Below, in pieces: positions 1 to 8,700 of a DNA stretch of 33,510 nt (positions within the stretch are counted from its first letter, which is position 1; each line of letters begins with the position of its first letter). The notes under the pieces were generated by a model. It was not told the DNA's origin. It worked only from the letters and a program-made list of their open reading frames with translations, and searched no databases. The stretch spans positions 1-33,510 of the forward strand of contig CALLLO010000112.1 of the NCBI GenBank assembly GCA_938082985.1. Reading direction: 5' to 3'. A program made the position numbers and the translations under genes. The stretch comes from an uncultured Candidatus Marinamargulisbacteria bacterium (GTDB lineage: Bacteria > Margulisbacteria > Marinamargulisbacteria > GCA-2716485 > CALLLO01).

Positions 1-195
1 GATGAGAAGCTTTGTAAAGCTAAGGATTGTTAAAAACAAGATAGTATTAAGCCCTGAACAAAGAGATGCGTTTTTATCTTCACGTTCGTGGTTTTTGAAG
101 CTGTTTAAGCTTGTTTGATCTCTTAAGTAACTAATCTAGAGAGTAGCCTCCCACTGTTGCCTTCCCCTCTCAACAAAGGTAAGATTACGCTCACT

Positions 196-2268
196 ATGAC
201 AAAAACAAAACAAATTGAACAAACAAGAGAACGATGGCATTTGGCCTCTGTTGCTACAGACGACGTAAAAGCATTATCGGACGCACTTGGAATCGAATTT
301 TTATTAGCTAAAATATTACTCGCCCGTAATATTGGAAATGGAGACAGCGAAGCTGTAAATCTATTCCTAAATCCACCTGAAGAATTAATTTCTGACTATT
401 CGGGGGTCACATCAGCTGTCGAGCTTGAAAAAACGGTTGAACGTATCAGCCGTGCGATTAAAAAACGTGAGAAAATCGTGGTAAACGGTGACCCAGATGC
501 GGATGGTATTAGTGGGGCCTGTGTACTCGTATCTGGACTCGAATTTTTAGGTGCGGATGTAAGCTACAACTTCCCAGTAAGATGTAGAGAAGGCCATGGT
601 CTTCAAGTTCGTATTATCGACGAAGCTAAAGAAGCGGGCGCTACGCTTATTATTACTACCGATTGTGGGAGTAAAGATATCAGTGCCGCCGCTTATGCTA
701 AAACGCAAGGGTTGGACGTTATCGTTACAGACCATCATATTTTGGGTAAAGAACTTCCAGATGTGTATGCTTTCGTAAACCCCAATATGGTAGAAGGCGA
801 TACGTACTTCAAAACACTAGCTGGAGCCGGTGTTTCTTATAAAGTTATGCTCGCTGTTTTTGATGAAATGGGGCAAGAACTTCCTCAATCACTTAATGAG
901 TTTATGTTAGCCGTCTCTACACTTGGAACTTTGTCAGACAGAATGTCTCTGCTGAACCCGATGAACAGAGTGATGGTGTCTAAAGGTGTGGAGGCTATTA
1001 AAGGGACTCACTGGGAAGGTCTTAAAGCCATTAAGAAAGTATGCCGCGTCGACGACAAAAACCTGCGTCCTAGACAACTATCACGCTCTATCATCCCTCG
1101 CCTAAACGCGCCGGGACGTATTGGTGATCCTAGTAAGGGTATTCCGGATTCTACGCTTGTTGTGGATCTTCTTCTAACAGGTACAGGAGAAGCAAACGCA
1201 GCTAAAGCGGCGTCTTTATCTCAAATCTTCATGGATATTGTAAATCTCGAAAAAGAAAAGAAGAATGAACAAGAGAAAAGTGACCATGAGAAAAGTGAGA
1301 TGCAGCGTGAAGCGCTATCTAGTGCGGCTAGTGTTGATGATATTAACGAACAACGTAAGTTCATGACGAACAAAATCGAAGAAGAAATCGAAGCCTTGGT
1401 TGAAGAGCAAGTAGATCTTACTAAAGAACATATTGTGATTGTTCAAGGAAAAAACTGGAACTCGGGTGTTATCGGGATCGATACAGATAGACTAAAAGAA
1501 AGACATTTGAGACCTGCGATTATTATCACAAAATATGATAATAACGATTACGTTAGAGGCTCTGTTAGAAGTATTCCTAATATCAATATGTATGACATCG
1601 TGGATAAAGCCAACGACTTATTTGAAGCGAAACATGGATGTCAGTTGTTTAAGATGGAAGTGATGTCGTCAGACGGTGACGCTCAGCTTGTTAATGCTTT
1701 TGGTGGTCACGCACAAGCCTGTGGGTTTAGCATGCATTATAAAGACGTGCCTGAGTTTATCGAACTTGTTCGTGAACAAGAAAAATTAATCGCAGAAGAT
1801 AAATGGGGGTATCATTATGACATCATTGCTAAATTACCTATTTCACAAGTAGGACCCAAGCTTTTAAGTCAGTTAGATAAAATTGGTCCTTATGGCCAAC
1901 GTTTTGAATTCCCTACTTTTTATCTTCAAGGGTGCCTACTGAGTACGGGCACTGCATTTGGAAACAAGTATCAAGAGTTTCACAAACCTCATGTTAATTT
2001 CAGAGTTATTGAAAACCAGAAGAAACAAGTCAATGTAGCTCCAAAAGAGTTTGAAGCTGTTGGATTTGGATTATGGGAGAAGTTTTGTGCGATGCGCTCA
2101 AACTTGGATCCTAATATGAAGTTTGATGTTATCTTCACTATTGAGCAAGATCAAAAAAGACGAGGACAACAAAGGGGTGTTAACATCCGTCTCAACGTTT
2201 TAGATATTCGTCAGTCGGGTGATAACGTAGATTCCTTCATGGAACCTGCCCAGTCAGAAGAAGATTAA
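196..2268 (+). CDS. recJ: Single-stranded-DNA-specific exonuclease RecJ (DHH/DHHA1 phosphoesterase)
   Basis: The ORF is open from TTG 157, and the first ATG is at 196 (MTKTKQ). DHH-family motifs occur in the canonical order: NGDPDADGISG, ITTDCGS, VIVTDHH, and DHHA1 GGHAQACG. Length is typical of RecJ. Confidence 0.85.
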   Translation: MTKTKQIEQTRERWHLASVATDDVKALSDALGIEFLLAKILLARNIGNGDSEAVNLFLNPPEELISDYSGVTSAVELEKTVERISRAIKKREKIVVNGDPDADGISGACVLVSGLEFLGADVSYNFPVRCREGHGLQVRIIDEAKEAGATLIITTDCGSKDISAAAYAKTQGLDVIVTDHHILGKELPDVYAFVNPNMVEGDTYFKTLAGAGVSYKVMLAVFDEMGQELPQSLNEFMLAVSTLGTLSDRMSLLNPMNRVMVSKGVEAIKGTHWEGLKAIKKVCRVDDKNLRPRQLSRSIIPRLNAPGRIGDPSKGIPDSTLVVDLLLTGTGEANAAKAASLSQIFMDIVNLEKEKKNEQEKSDHEKSEMQREALSSAASVDDINEQRKFMTNKIEEEIEALVEEQVDLTKEHIVIVQGKNWNSGVIGIDTDRLKERHLRPAIIITKYDNNDYVRGSVRSIPNINMYDIVDKANDLFEAKHGCQLFKMEVMSSDGDAQLVNAFGGHAQACGFSMHYKDVPEFIELVREQEKLIAEDKWGYHYDIIAKLPISQVGPKLLSQLDKIGPYGQRFEFPTFYLQGCLLSTGTAFGNKYQEFHKPHVNFRVIENQKKQVNVAPKEFEAVGFGLWEKFCAMRSNLDPNMKFDVIFTIEQDQKRRGQQRGVNIRLNVLDIRQSGDNVDSFMEPAQSEED

Positions 2269-3300
2269 TTAAGGTTTAGATTGAACCTGTAAATGCTGGC
2301 GGTACGTTTCTGTAAAGATATGTCCGCCAGTTTTTTTATCTGCTACAAAGAAATAGTAAGGGGTAGTACTAGGGGCTAAAGACGCTTCAAAGGCCGCTTT
2401 GCCAGGGCTTGCGATAGACGATGGTGGGAAGCCTGAGTATTTATAGGTGTTGTAGGGGGAGTCAATTTTGAGATGTTTGTAGTACACACGTTTTTTGTGT
2501 ATTTCCCCATGAGCATAGACTATCGTAGGGTCTGAGCCTAGTGGCATACGTTTTTGTAAGCGATTGTAAAAGACAGAGGAAATGAGTGGCATTTCACCGT
2601 TATTACCGGCTTCTTTCTGAATCATAGAGGCGACGGTTAAGACACGATGAAAATCAAAACGCTGTTTGGGTGAGCCTAGCTCTCCTTTATTTTGAGACCA
2701 AATAGGCATCATTACGCGCTTAAATTGGGTGAGCATGCTTCTCGTAATGGTTTCTTTACTCGACTGTGCTGCGATATAATAAGTGTCTGGAAATAAATAG
2801 CCTTCTATCGTTTCTACTGGGATATCCGCTAAAAATGGAAACTCTTTTTTAAAATAAGATTTAGCCTCATGGTGAGCAAAATCTGTGAAATCCTTACTAT
2901 ATAAAATCCCTTTTGCCTCTAATACATCACCTATTTCCCATATGCTCAAGCCTTCTCTAATTGTAATGCGCATAAGATTGGCACGTCCATTGTCACTTTT
3001 TAAGTGACTAATAATTTGAACAAGAGACTGTGATGGCTTAATAAGAAACCCTCCTGCTCGTAAGTCTTGGCTGGCGCCTGTTATGCGAGAGTAGTAATAA
3101 AATATGTGAGGGCTTCGTATAAGACCTTTCTTTTTTAGAAGCTCTCCGATTGTATAGCTTGAGGCCCCCTTCGGAATGTCTACAAGGATTGAGTCTCCGG
3201 ATGATTGTGTTGGGATGCCAAGTTGATAGCTGACGAAAAGAACGCCTATTATCATGCTTGTAAGTAAACCAAATAGGCTCTGTTTTATCCATCTTTTCAT
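2269..3300 (-). CDS. mltG: Endolytic murein transglycosylase MltG (YceG-like)
   Basis: An N-terminal TM helix is followed by a YceG-like domain with VASMIQKEAG (catalytic Glu region) and SPYNTYKYSGFPPSSIASPG, which matches the conserved YNTY..G.PP.PI..PG motif. Confidence 0.85.
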   Translation of the reverse strand: MKRWIKQSLFGLLTSMIIGVLFVSYQLGIPTQSSGDSILVDIPKGASSYTIGELLKKKGLIRSPHIFYYYSRITGASQDLRAGGFLIKPSQSLVQIISHLKSDNGRANLMRITIREGLSIWEIGDVLEAKGILYSKDFTDFAHHEAKSYFKKEFPFLADIPVETIEGYLFPDTYYIAAQSSKETITRSMLTQFKRVMMPIWSQNKGELGSPKQRFDFHRVLTVASMIQKEAGNNGEMPLISSVFYNRLQKRMPLGSDPTIVYAHGEIHKKRVYYKHLKIDSPYNTYKYSGFPPSSIASPGKAAFEASLAPSTTPYYFFVADKKTGGHIFTETYRQHLQVQSKP

Positions 3301-3310
3301 AGTGGAAGGA

Positions 3311-3319
3311 AGTATAACA
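3311..3319 (-). promoter_or_regulatory. Extended -10 element (TGtTATACT) upstream of mltG
   Basis: The minus strand reads TTATGTTATACT and lies 10 nt from the mltG ATG. The same 12-mer precedes the csp gene at 12476-12487. No SD lies in between. Confidence 0.4.
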
Positions 3320-3322
3320 TAA

Positions 3323-3331
3323 TGCTACAAT
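3323..3331 (+). promoter_or_regulatory. Extended -10 element (TGcTACAAT) for tRNA-Val
   Basis: TGCTACAAT ends 17 nt before the mature tRNA 5' end. It sits back-to-back with the mltG -10. Confidence 0.35.
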
Positions 3332-3348
3332 ACGAGTCCAAATTGTAA

Positions 3349-3425
3349 GGACGATTAGCTCAGTTGGTTAGAGTGCTTGCTTGACATGCAAGAGGTCACA
3401 GGTTCGAATCCCGTATCGTCCACCA
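3349..3425 (+). tRNA. tRNA-Val (anticodon GAC), CCA encoded
   Basis: Cloverleaf read by hand. The acceptor is GGACGAT/ATCGTCC. The D arm is AGCTCAGTTGGTTAGAGT. The anticodon stem is CTTGC/GCAAG with loop TTGACAT. The T arm is CAGGTTCGAATCCCG. The discriminator is A, followed by CCA. Confidence 0.9.
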
Positions 3426-3452
3426 GTTTTTAAGAAGCCTCCTTGGGTCTCC

Positions 3453-5768
3453 CTAATATCCTTTTTCCCAGTTAATGAGTTGTTCTATCTTAAGTTCATA
3501 TTCAGCGGAATAGGCTAAGAACTCTGCTAGTTGGCTACGGCTGACGTAGCTATTTTCGTCTTCGCCACTATCTTGGTAGTTGATGATACCTGCGTTACTT
3601 AATAGGAAAATGGTTTCAGATAGTGTGAGGGCCTGCTCAGGCTTGAATGTGCCATCAGGGAATGCAAAGATAAGCCCTGACTCTACAGCTGTTTGAATAT
3701 AGGAGGCAAAGGGATGGTTGGCAGGGACGTCATTAAATAAATTAGTCGTCACTTCTGGGAGCGTGTCAGAATCACCTCCATTAGCGAGAACCATAAGTTT
3801 AGCTACATATTGTCTAGTAACAGGTTTGATGGGATAAAACTTCCCATCATCGTCACCGGTAAGGATACCTAATGTGGCTAGAAATTCGATTTCGCGTCGC
3901 CCTCGTACACGGTCATTAAGATCGGGGAATGTAGCGAGTCTTAAGATTCTCATAGAATAATCTACAATGGTTTCGTTTAAACCTTTGACGGAGAGGCGTA
4001 CATTGTTTTTCCCAGGATCTAGGTCTATGGGAATAGCGAACTGTTGTGAGTTGTCTATATAGACAGGGTTGTCATTTATACTGAGGTTCAGGATCATATC
4101 TGATACACGGCCTAAAAACCGAATACTTGGCTTATAGTGTACATATTTATCTTGCGGGAATTCGACTGATGCGAAGAAGGGGTATTCGATAAAATTGGTG
4201 TCGTTACCCGCTTCATCTACGACGCGTAATTGGAGGTTGAACATATCTTTGGGTAGACGATCGGGGCTTAACTCTTCCGGTGTTTTAATTTCTGCAATCC
4301 AATGAGTAGGTTCGTCATGGAGTTGTGCTGTTTCAGGGACGGAGTCTATTTCTGACATGGATTTAGGGGTATCTTTGTAAAAGGTAAGAGGGGTATTGAG
4401 GATGGATGCTTCTATGAGGTCTAAATTTTCATTAGATTTAATTTTAATAACTAAGTAGTCGTTATCTGGCAAGACTTGCACCTCTAATTTTGGGGCCTGA
4501 GTATCGGAATAGATAACGATAGGATAGGATTCTAGTGACGTATCTTTGTCCAAGCTATATGAGCGAAGATAAATAAGATTCCGCCCTTCTTTTAGTGGGA
4601 AGTCCTTAATAGCCCATTTTCCATATTTATCAGAGACAACAGTTCTGGATAAGGATTGATTATTATAGAATCTAATCGCTGTGTTTCTCGGTCCTACGCC
4701 TTTGAGATTCATGTTTTGTTTATATGTAATTAAAAATTCTTCAGGTGGAGATAATATTCTAGGTGCCTTGGGGCGTGATTCTCCTAGTATTGAAAAAGAG
4801 ACACTGTGGTTGGGCTCGGCTTCGAAGGGAGCGGCATTTTGGGAGTAATTATAATCTAAACGCAAACTAAAATCTCTATTTCCAAAGCCTATAGCGACAC
4901 GTTCGAAAATAATGCCGGTACCAAGGTTTAAGCGTGTGAAATCTGATGAGCCACGTAGTACTAATGAATCTTGTAGATAATATTCTGCACCAAGTGTGAG
5001 CCCGTCTATGCCGTTGTGCCCATATAATGACACTTTTTCGTCTAAAATATCTGCGCGCAGGCCGGCGTAAAATTCAAAGGGGAGTAATCCTTCATTTCCA
5101 GTCTCTGAATGTTTCATTGGGGGGGCGAGTATATTTTGTATAGCGATACCTGCGTGTAGTTTGTCTATCAGTCCGTATTCGATATAGTGGGTACCTATTG
5201 CGCCTAAATCTAGACTGAAGGTACTAGCTGAAGCGTTGAGGGTGTAAAATTGTGTCATTTTCATAGAGCTTCCGATTGAGAGTGCATCAAAGCCATATAA
5301 ATCATAAAACGTGGTGCCGGCACCTAAAGCTCCGACTCTATATCCACTGCTAAATGTGCTTATTGCTCTTGGGTTACCTTGTGCATCTAAGATTGTTTCG
5401 GGGATGCCGGATAAGCTTACTTCTCCGTATGAGAGTCCAAACATAATATGTTGCATCATAGTTTTGTTGTCCCGGATTGGGATACGAAGATCTAAGGGTA
5501 GTCCGATGTTGATGAGGGTGTAGTCAAATTCGTCAAGTAATTTCTTTGAACTCAGGGATAGGGGCATAGATTCCACATCGCCTAATGATGCTGGGTTTGC
5601 ATACATGGCACCTATATCGCCTGCTATCACTGGGTTTGTAATGCCTAATGATGAGATTCTTGAACTTACCATTTGTGTTTGGGGATTGCTGATTGTACGT
5701 GAAATGCCTTGGGAGATACTAGGGACACATAAAAGTAATAATATTGTGACGATGTATCTCATAGTCAA
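3453..5768 (-). CDS. Outer-membrane protein: signal peptide, PorV/FadL-like beta-barrel (aa ~22-330), Ig-like spacer modules (aa ~335-610) and C-terminal SLH repeats (aa ~613-755)
   Basis: The signal peptide is MTMRYIVTILLLLCVPSISQG. The motif SRISSLGITNPVIAGDIGAMYANPASLG resembles the N-terminal hatch motif of PorV/FadL-type barrels. Alternating amphipathic strands follow (FSLRLDYNYSQ, HSVSFSILG). SLH-like repeats are FPDLNDRVRGRREIEFLATLGILTGDDDGKFYPIKPVTRQYVAKL and FNDVPANHPFASYIQTAVESGLIFAFPDGTFKPEQALTLSE. The start overlaps the upstream stop (ATGA). Confidence 0.7.
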   Translation of the reverse strand: MTMRYIVTILLLLCVPSISQGISRTISNPQTQMVSSRISSLGITNPVIAGDIGAMYANPASLGDVESMPLSLSSKKLLDEFDYTLINIGLPLDLRIPIRDNKTMMQHIMFGLSYGEVSLSGIPETILDAQGNPRAISTFSSGYRVGALGAGTTFYDLYGFDALSIGSSMKMTQFYTLNASASTFSLDLGAIGTHYIEYGLIDKLHAGIAIQNILAPPMKHSETGNEGLLPFEFYAGLRADILDEKVSLYGHNGIDGLTLGAEYYLQDSLVLRGSSDFTRLNLGTGIIFERVAIGFGNRDFSLRLDYNYSQNAAPFEAEPNHSVSFSILGESRPKAPRILSPPEEFLITYKQNMNLKGVGPRNTAIRFYNNQSLSRTVVSDKYGKWAIKDFPLKEGRNLIYLRSYSLDKDTSLESYPIVIYSDTQAPKLEVQVLPDNDYLVIKIKSNENLDLIEASILNTPLTFYKDTPKSMSEIDSVPETAQLHDEPTHWIAEIKTPEELSPDRLPKDMFNLQLRVVDEAGNDTNFIEYPFFASVEFPQDKYVHYKPSIRFLGRVSDMILNLSINDNPVYIDNSQQFAIPIDLDPGKNNVRLSVKGLNETIVDYSMRILRLATFPDLNDRVRGRREIEFLATLGILTGDDDGKFYPIKPVTRQYVAKLMVLANGGDSDTLPEVTTNLFNDVPANHPFASYIQTAVESGLIFAFPDGTFKPEQALTLSETIFLLSNAGIINYQDSGEDENSYVSRSQLAEFLAYSAEYELKIEQLINWEKGY
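5119..5125. repeat. G7/C7 homopolymer inside the barrel-SLH gene (codons for A-P-P)
   Basis: Seven consecutive G on the plus strand, counted directly. G/C runs of 7 or more are otherwise absent from the window except at 24534-24541. Confidence 0.9.
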
Positions 5769-8700
5769 AAGATAGATAGCTTGGTTACTTTATAATACTC
5801 ATTACCGTTATTATCTTCAGCTATGACTTTGCATAGGTAGATGCCAGGCGCTAATGCACTGGTGTTAGCACCCAGTTCAAATTTATTAGAGCCGATAGTT
5901 GTTGCTTCTTGAGTATCTGTAAACACTTGTATTCCATTATGATCAAAAAGATACATGGTAACATTGCACGGTTGTGTGGTGAAGTAGCCTAAAATTAGTG
6001 CGCTCTCCCCCATTTTATATGGGTTTGGGTAAAATAAGACGTTGGAGAGTTCGACGCTGCTATTTATTTCGTAGGAAAACGTTGCTTGTGTGAGGGAGCT
6101 TACTCCATCATTAACATCGAGTTCTATTGTTCCATCTACAGCTCCGAGCTGTTCTATAGTTAAGATGCCGGTGGTTTCGTCGTAATAGTAGGTGCCTGAG
6201 GAGTTTTCATTGATGCTTGTACGTGTGAGGGTGTTTCCATTTAGACTAAGATACAAACTTGATTGGTTGATGTAACTCCCTTTATCTTTGAATGTAATAA
6301 TTAAAGAATCCCCAGCTTTAAGTGCCATGCCTTGACTAAATGTATCTGTAGCTGTTCGCTTATATTCTACGCTAGCTATATAAGACGGAAATACCCAAGA
6401 ATAATCATCATAAGCTGCCACAAGGCTGAGTTCGGGAGGATTTTTAACAGCGGAGGCATAACTTGTATTATTTCGATATCTAGATAATAAGATAGAGGCT
6501 GTTGCGGGGGTCATTTGGCCATCTACAGTATATTTAATAGAAGCGTCTAAATAACCAATACCTTCGGATTCTTGGCTTCTATGACGGATCTCAAATTCAA
6601 AGGTTTCACTGTTTCCTGCCGCAATATCATAGGGGTACTCAATCTCACTGCTGTCAGCGGGTTCAATATTAAATTCATAAGAGATATCACTCCCACCTAG
6701 GCTATCTAGATAGATACGTGGGTGGATACTTTCTATACTGAGAATTGAACTAGAATCGTTTGTAAACTCAAGGCTGACATTGAGAGTTGTTGTCGCTGCA
6801 TCGTCAGGATTTGAGATGGATATATCGATAGTGTCAAAAAAGGCTCTATAGACAGCTACATTTGCAGAATCAACAGGTAAAGGGAGTTGGCCAACTAGTA
6901 CGACTGATGTTGCTGCATCACTATCTGTTTCAATATCATTTATTTGAGCCTTTATGAGTTGGATACTAATTTGGTCCTCGTCAGTGAGATCTTCGTCTCG
7001 ACCTTCGTCATTTTGACCTATGTTGTAAAGAAGGAGGAGCCGGTTTATTCCTGAGTTTAGATCTATGCCAAATATATCTATGCTAGTTGTCTCTAAAAAA
7101 GAGTCTGTAGAATTAATGAATTCATCAGAAGATGAATCAAATTCTCCGTATGGGGGATTATCTCTGTAAATCCAAACCTTACTGACCCCGGTATTATCGT
7201 CCAAGAATGATCCCCCACTATTAAGAATACGTATGTTGGTTGAAGTAAAGGCTACTTTGGTTGCATCAAGTTCTAGACTTAGCATAGGGACCTGGAGTTG
7301 ACCCAAGTATACTGAGTCGGGGCTTATATCCAGGATATTTATTATAGATAGGTTACTTTCAACTAAGGTTACCTCAGCTTCTGGACTGGCATAGGCGCCA
7401 TTTGTGTTGTTGACACCGCTTAGCCCTAGGGCTGTTGATGTAACTTCGCCATCTATTGTGATACTAGCGGTTGCGAAGAGTTCCCCTAGACTAGAATCGG
7501 ACACAAAGGTTGTATTTCCTGAAGCGTTTACCCCTCCATTAATTGTTTTCCCGAAGGTATAGGTGACGAAAAATACTTCGTCGTTGTTACTTGGATAGCC
7601 TAATGCTTCACTGTCGTAGCTGGAAATGATTATACCTTGTTCTTCGGATGTGTTTAAAAAGGGTACGACGACGACGTCACTTTGATTGGTAATGCCTGTA
7701 ATGTCGTTAATCATTCCTAGATCCACATCAGCCACTTGTGTGTCAGCGTCTGAGTAGGATTTGTCTCCGTCAGAGTCTCTGTATACAGACACATTTATCA
7801 CATCTTCATCATCTGTGTTAATTCGAAAAGGAACGGTACCCTCATTAAAGAGTGTAATGGCATTGACCGTGATATCTGTGTGGTTGGATCGAAGGGTAAA
7901 GCTTAGCATGGGTACGGTTGTTCCGCTTCCAAAGCTATCCCCATCGGGCACAATACTTTCAATATCTTCTAGAGAGAGACCTGCTACTAGAGATTCTGCA
8001 GACGCTTCGCGTGTTTGACTGGACAAGGGCCATTCAATCGTTAATCCTGAATTTTCGCCATACCCTATAAAGGAATAAAGTTGTGCAGATATTGTCGTGT
8101 CTTCTGTTACAGATATGTCTTCTCCTACATCATAGACGATATAAAAGTTTTTGGTGGTGCCTGTTGAGATTCCTTGAAAGTCTGTAGGGTAACTTAATCC
8201 ATCTGTTCCAAATGAAAAATCAAAATTTGAGGCGCTTGGAAAATAATATTCGTCAGAATCGTCGATCGATATAGTGTGAATAGTATTGTCGCTTTCAAAC
8301 AATGTATCAAAAGGATAAAAATTAGCTAAAAGGAGACGCGCTTCAACGACGCCATCTGTTGCTGAGTCTGCTGTTGCGTAATTGTTAGACTCATTTTTAA
8401 GCGAAAATGTCATGGGGGATTCTGATAGTATAGATTCATCGGATAGGGATATAGACACATAGAGCATAGGTATATTAGTTTGTCCTGGGAGAACAACAGA
8501 TGGAGCTACATCCACAATAGTGATTTTTTTGATCCCTGTAACAATGACAGAATTACTTATGGGGATAGTTGTATCAGTATGAGCACTGAGGGATAAATCA
8601 TTTGTGCTGCTGGTACCCTTAATCTCCGTTAATGTTAAATTTGTTTCACCCCCTAGGGTAGCCGTTGCACCAAAATCGTATAGAATTATGAACGCTGTGG

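Noticed and set aside
2-118. A 38-codon frame open at the left edge (…RSFVKLRIVKNKIVLSPEQRDAFLSSRSWFLKLFKLV*), possibly the 3' end of an upstream gene
   Set aside because: It is too short and I recognise no family. It cannot be distinguished from chance, so it is not listed as a feature.
157-195. TTG-initiated 13-codon N-terminal extension of recJ from the ORF track
   Set aside because: The first ATG at 196 gives a normal RecJ N-terminus. A -10-like TAAGAT at 180-185 lies inside the extension.
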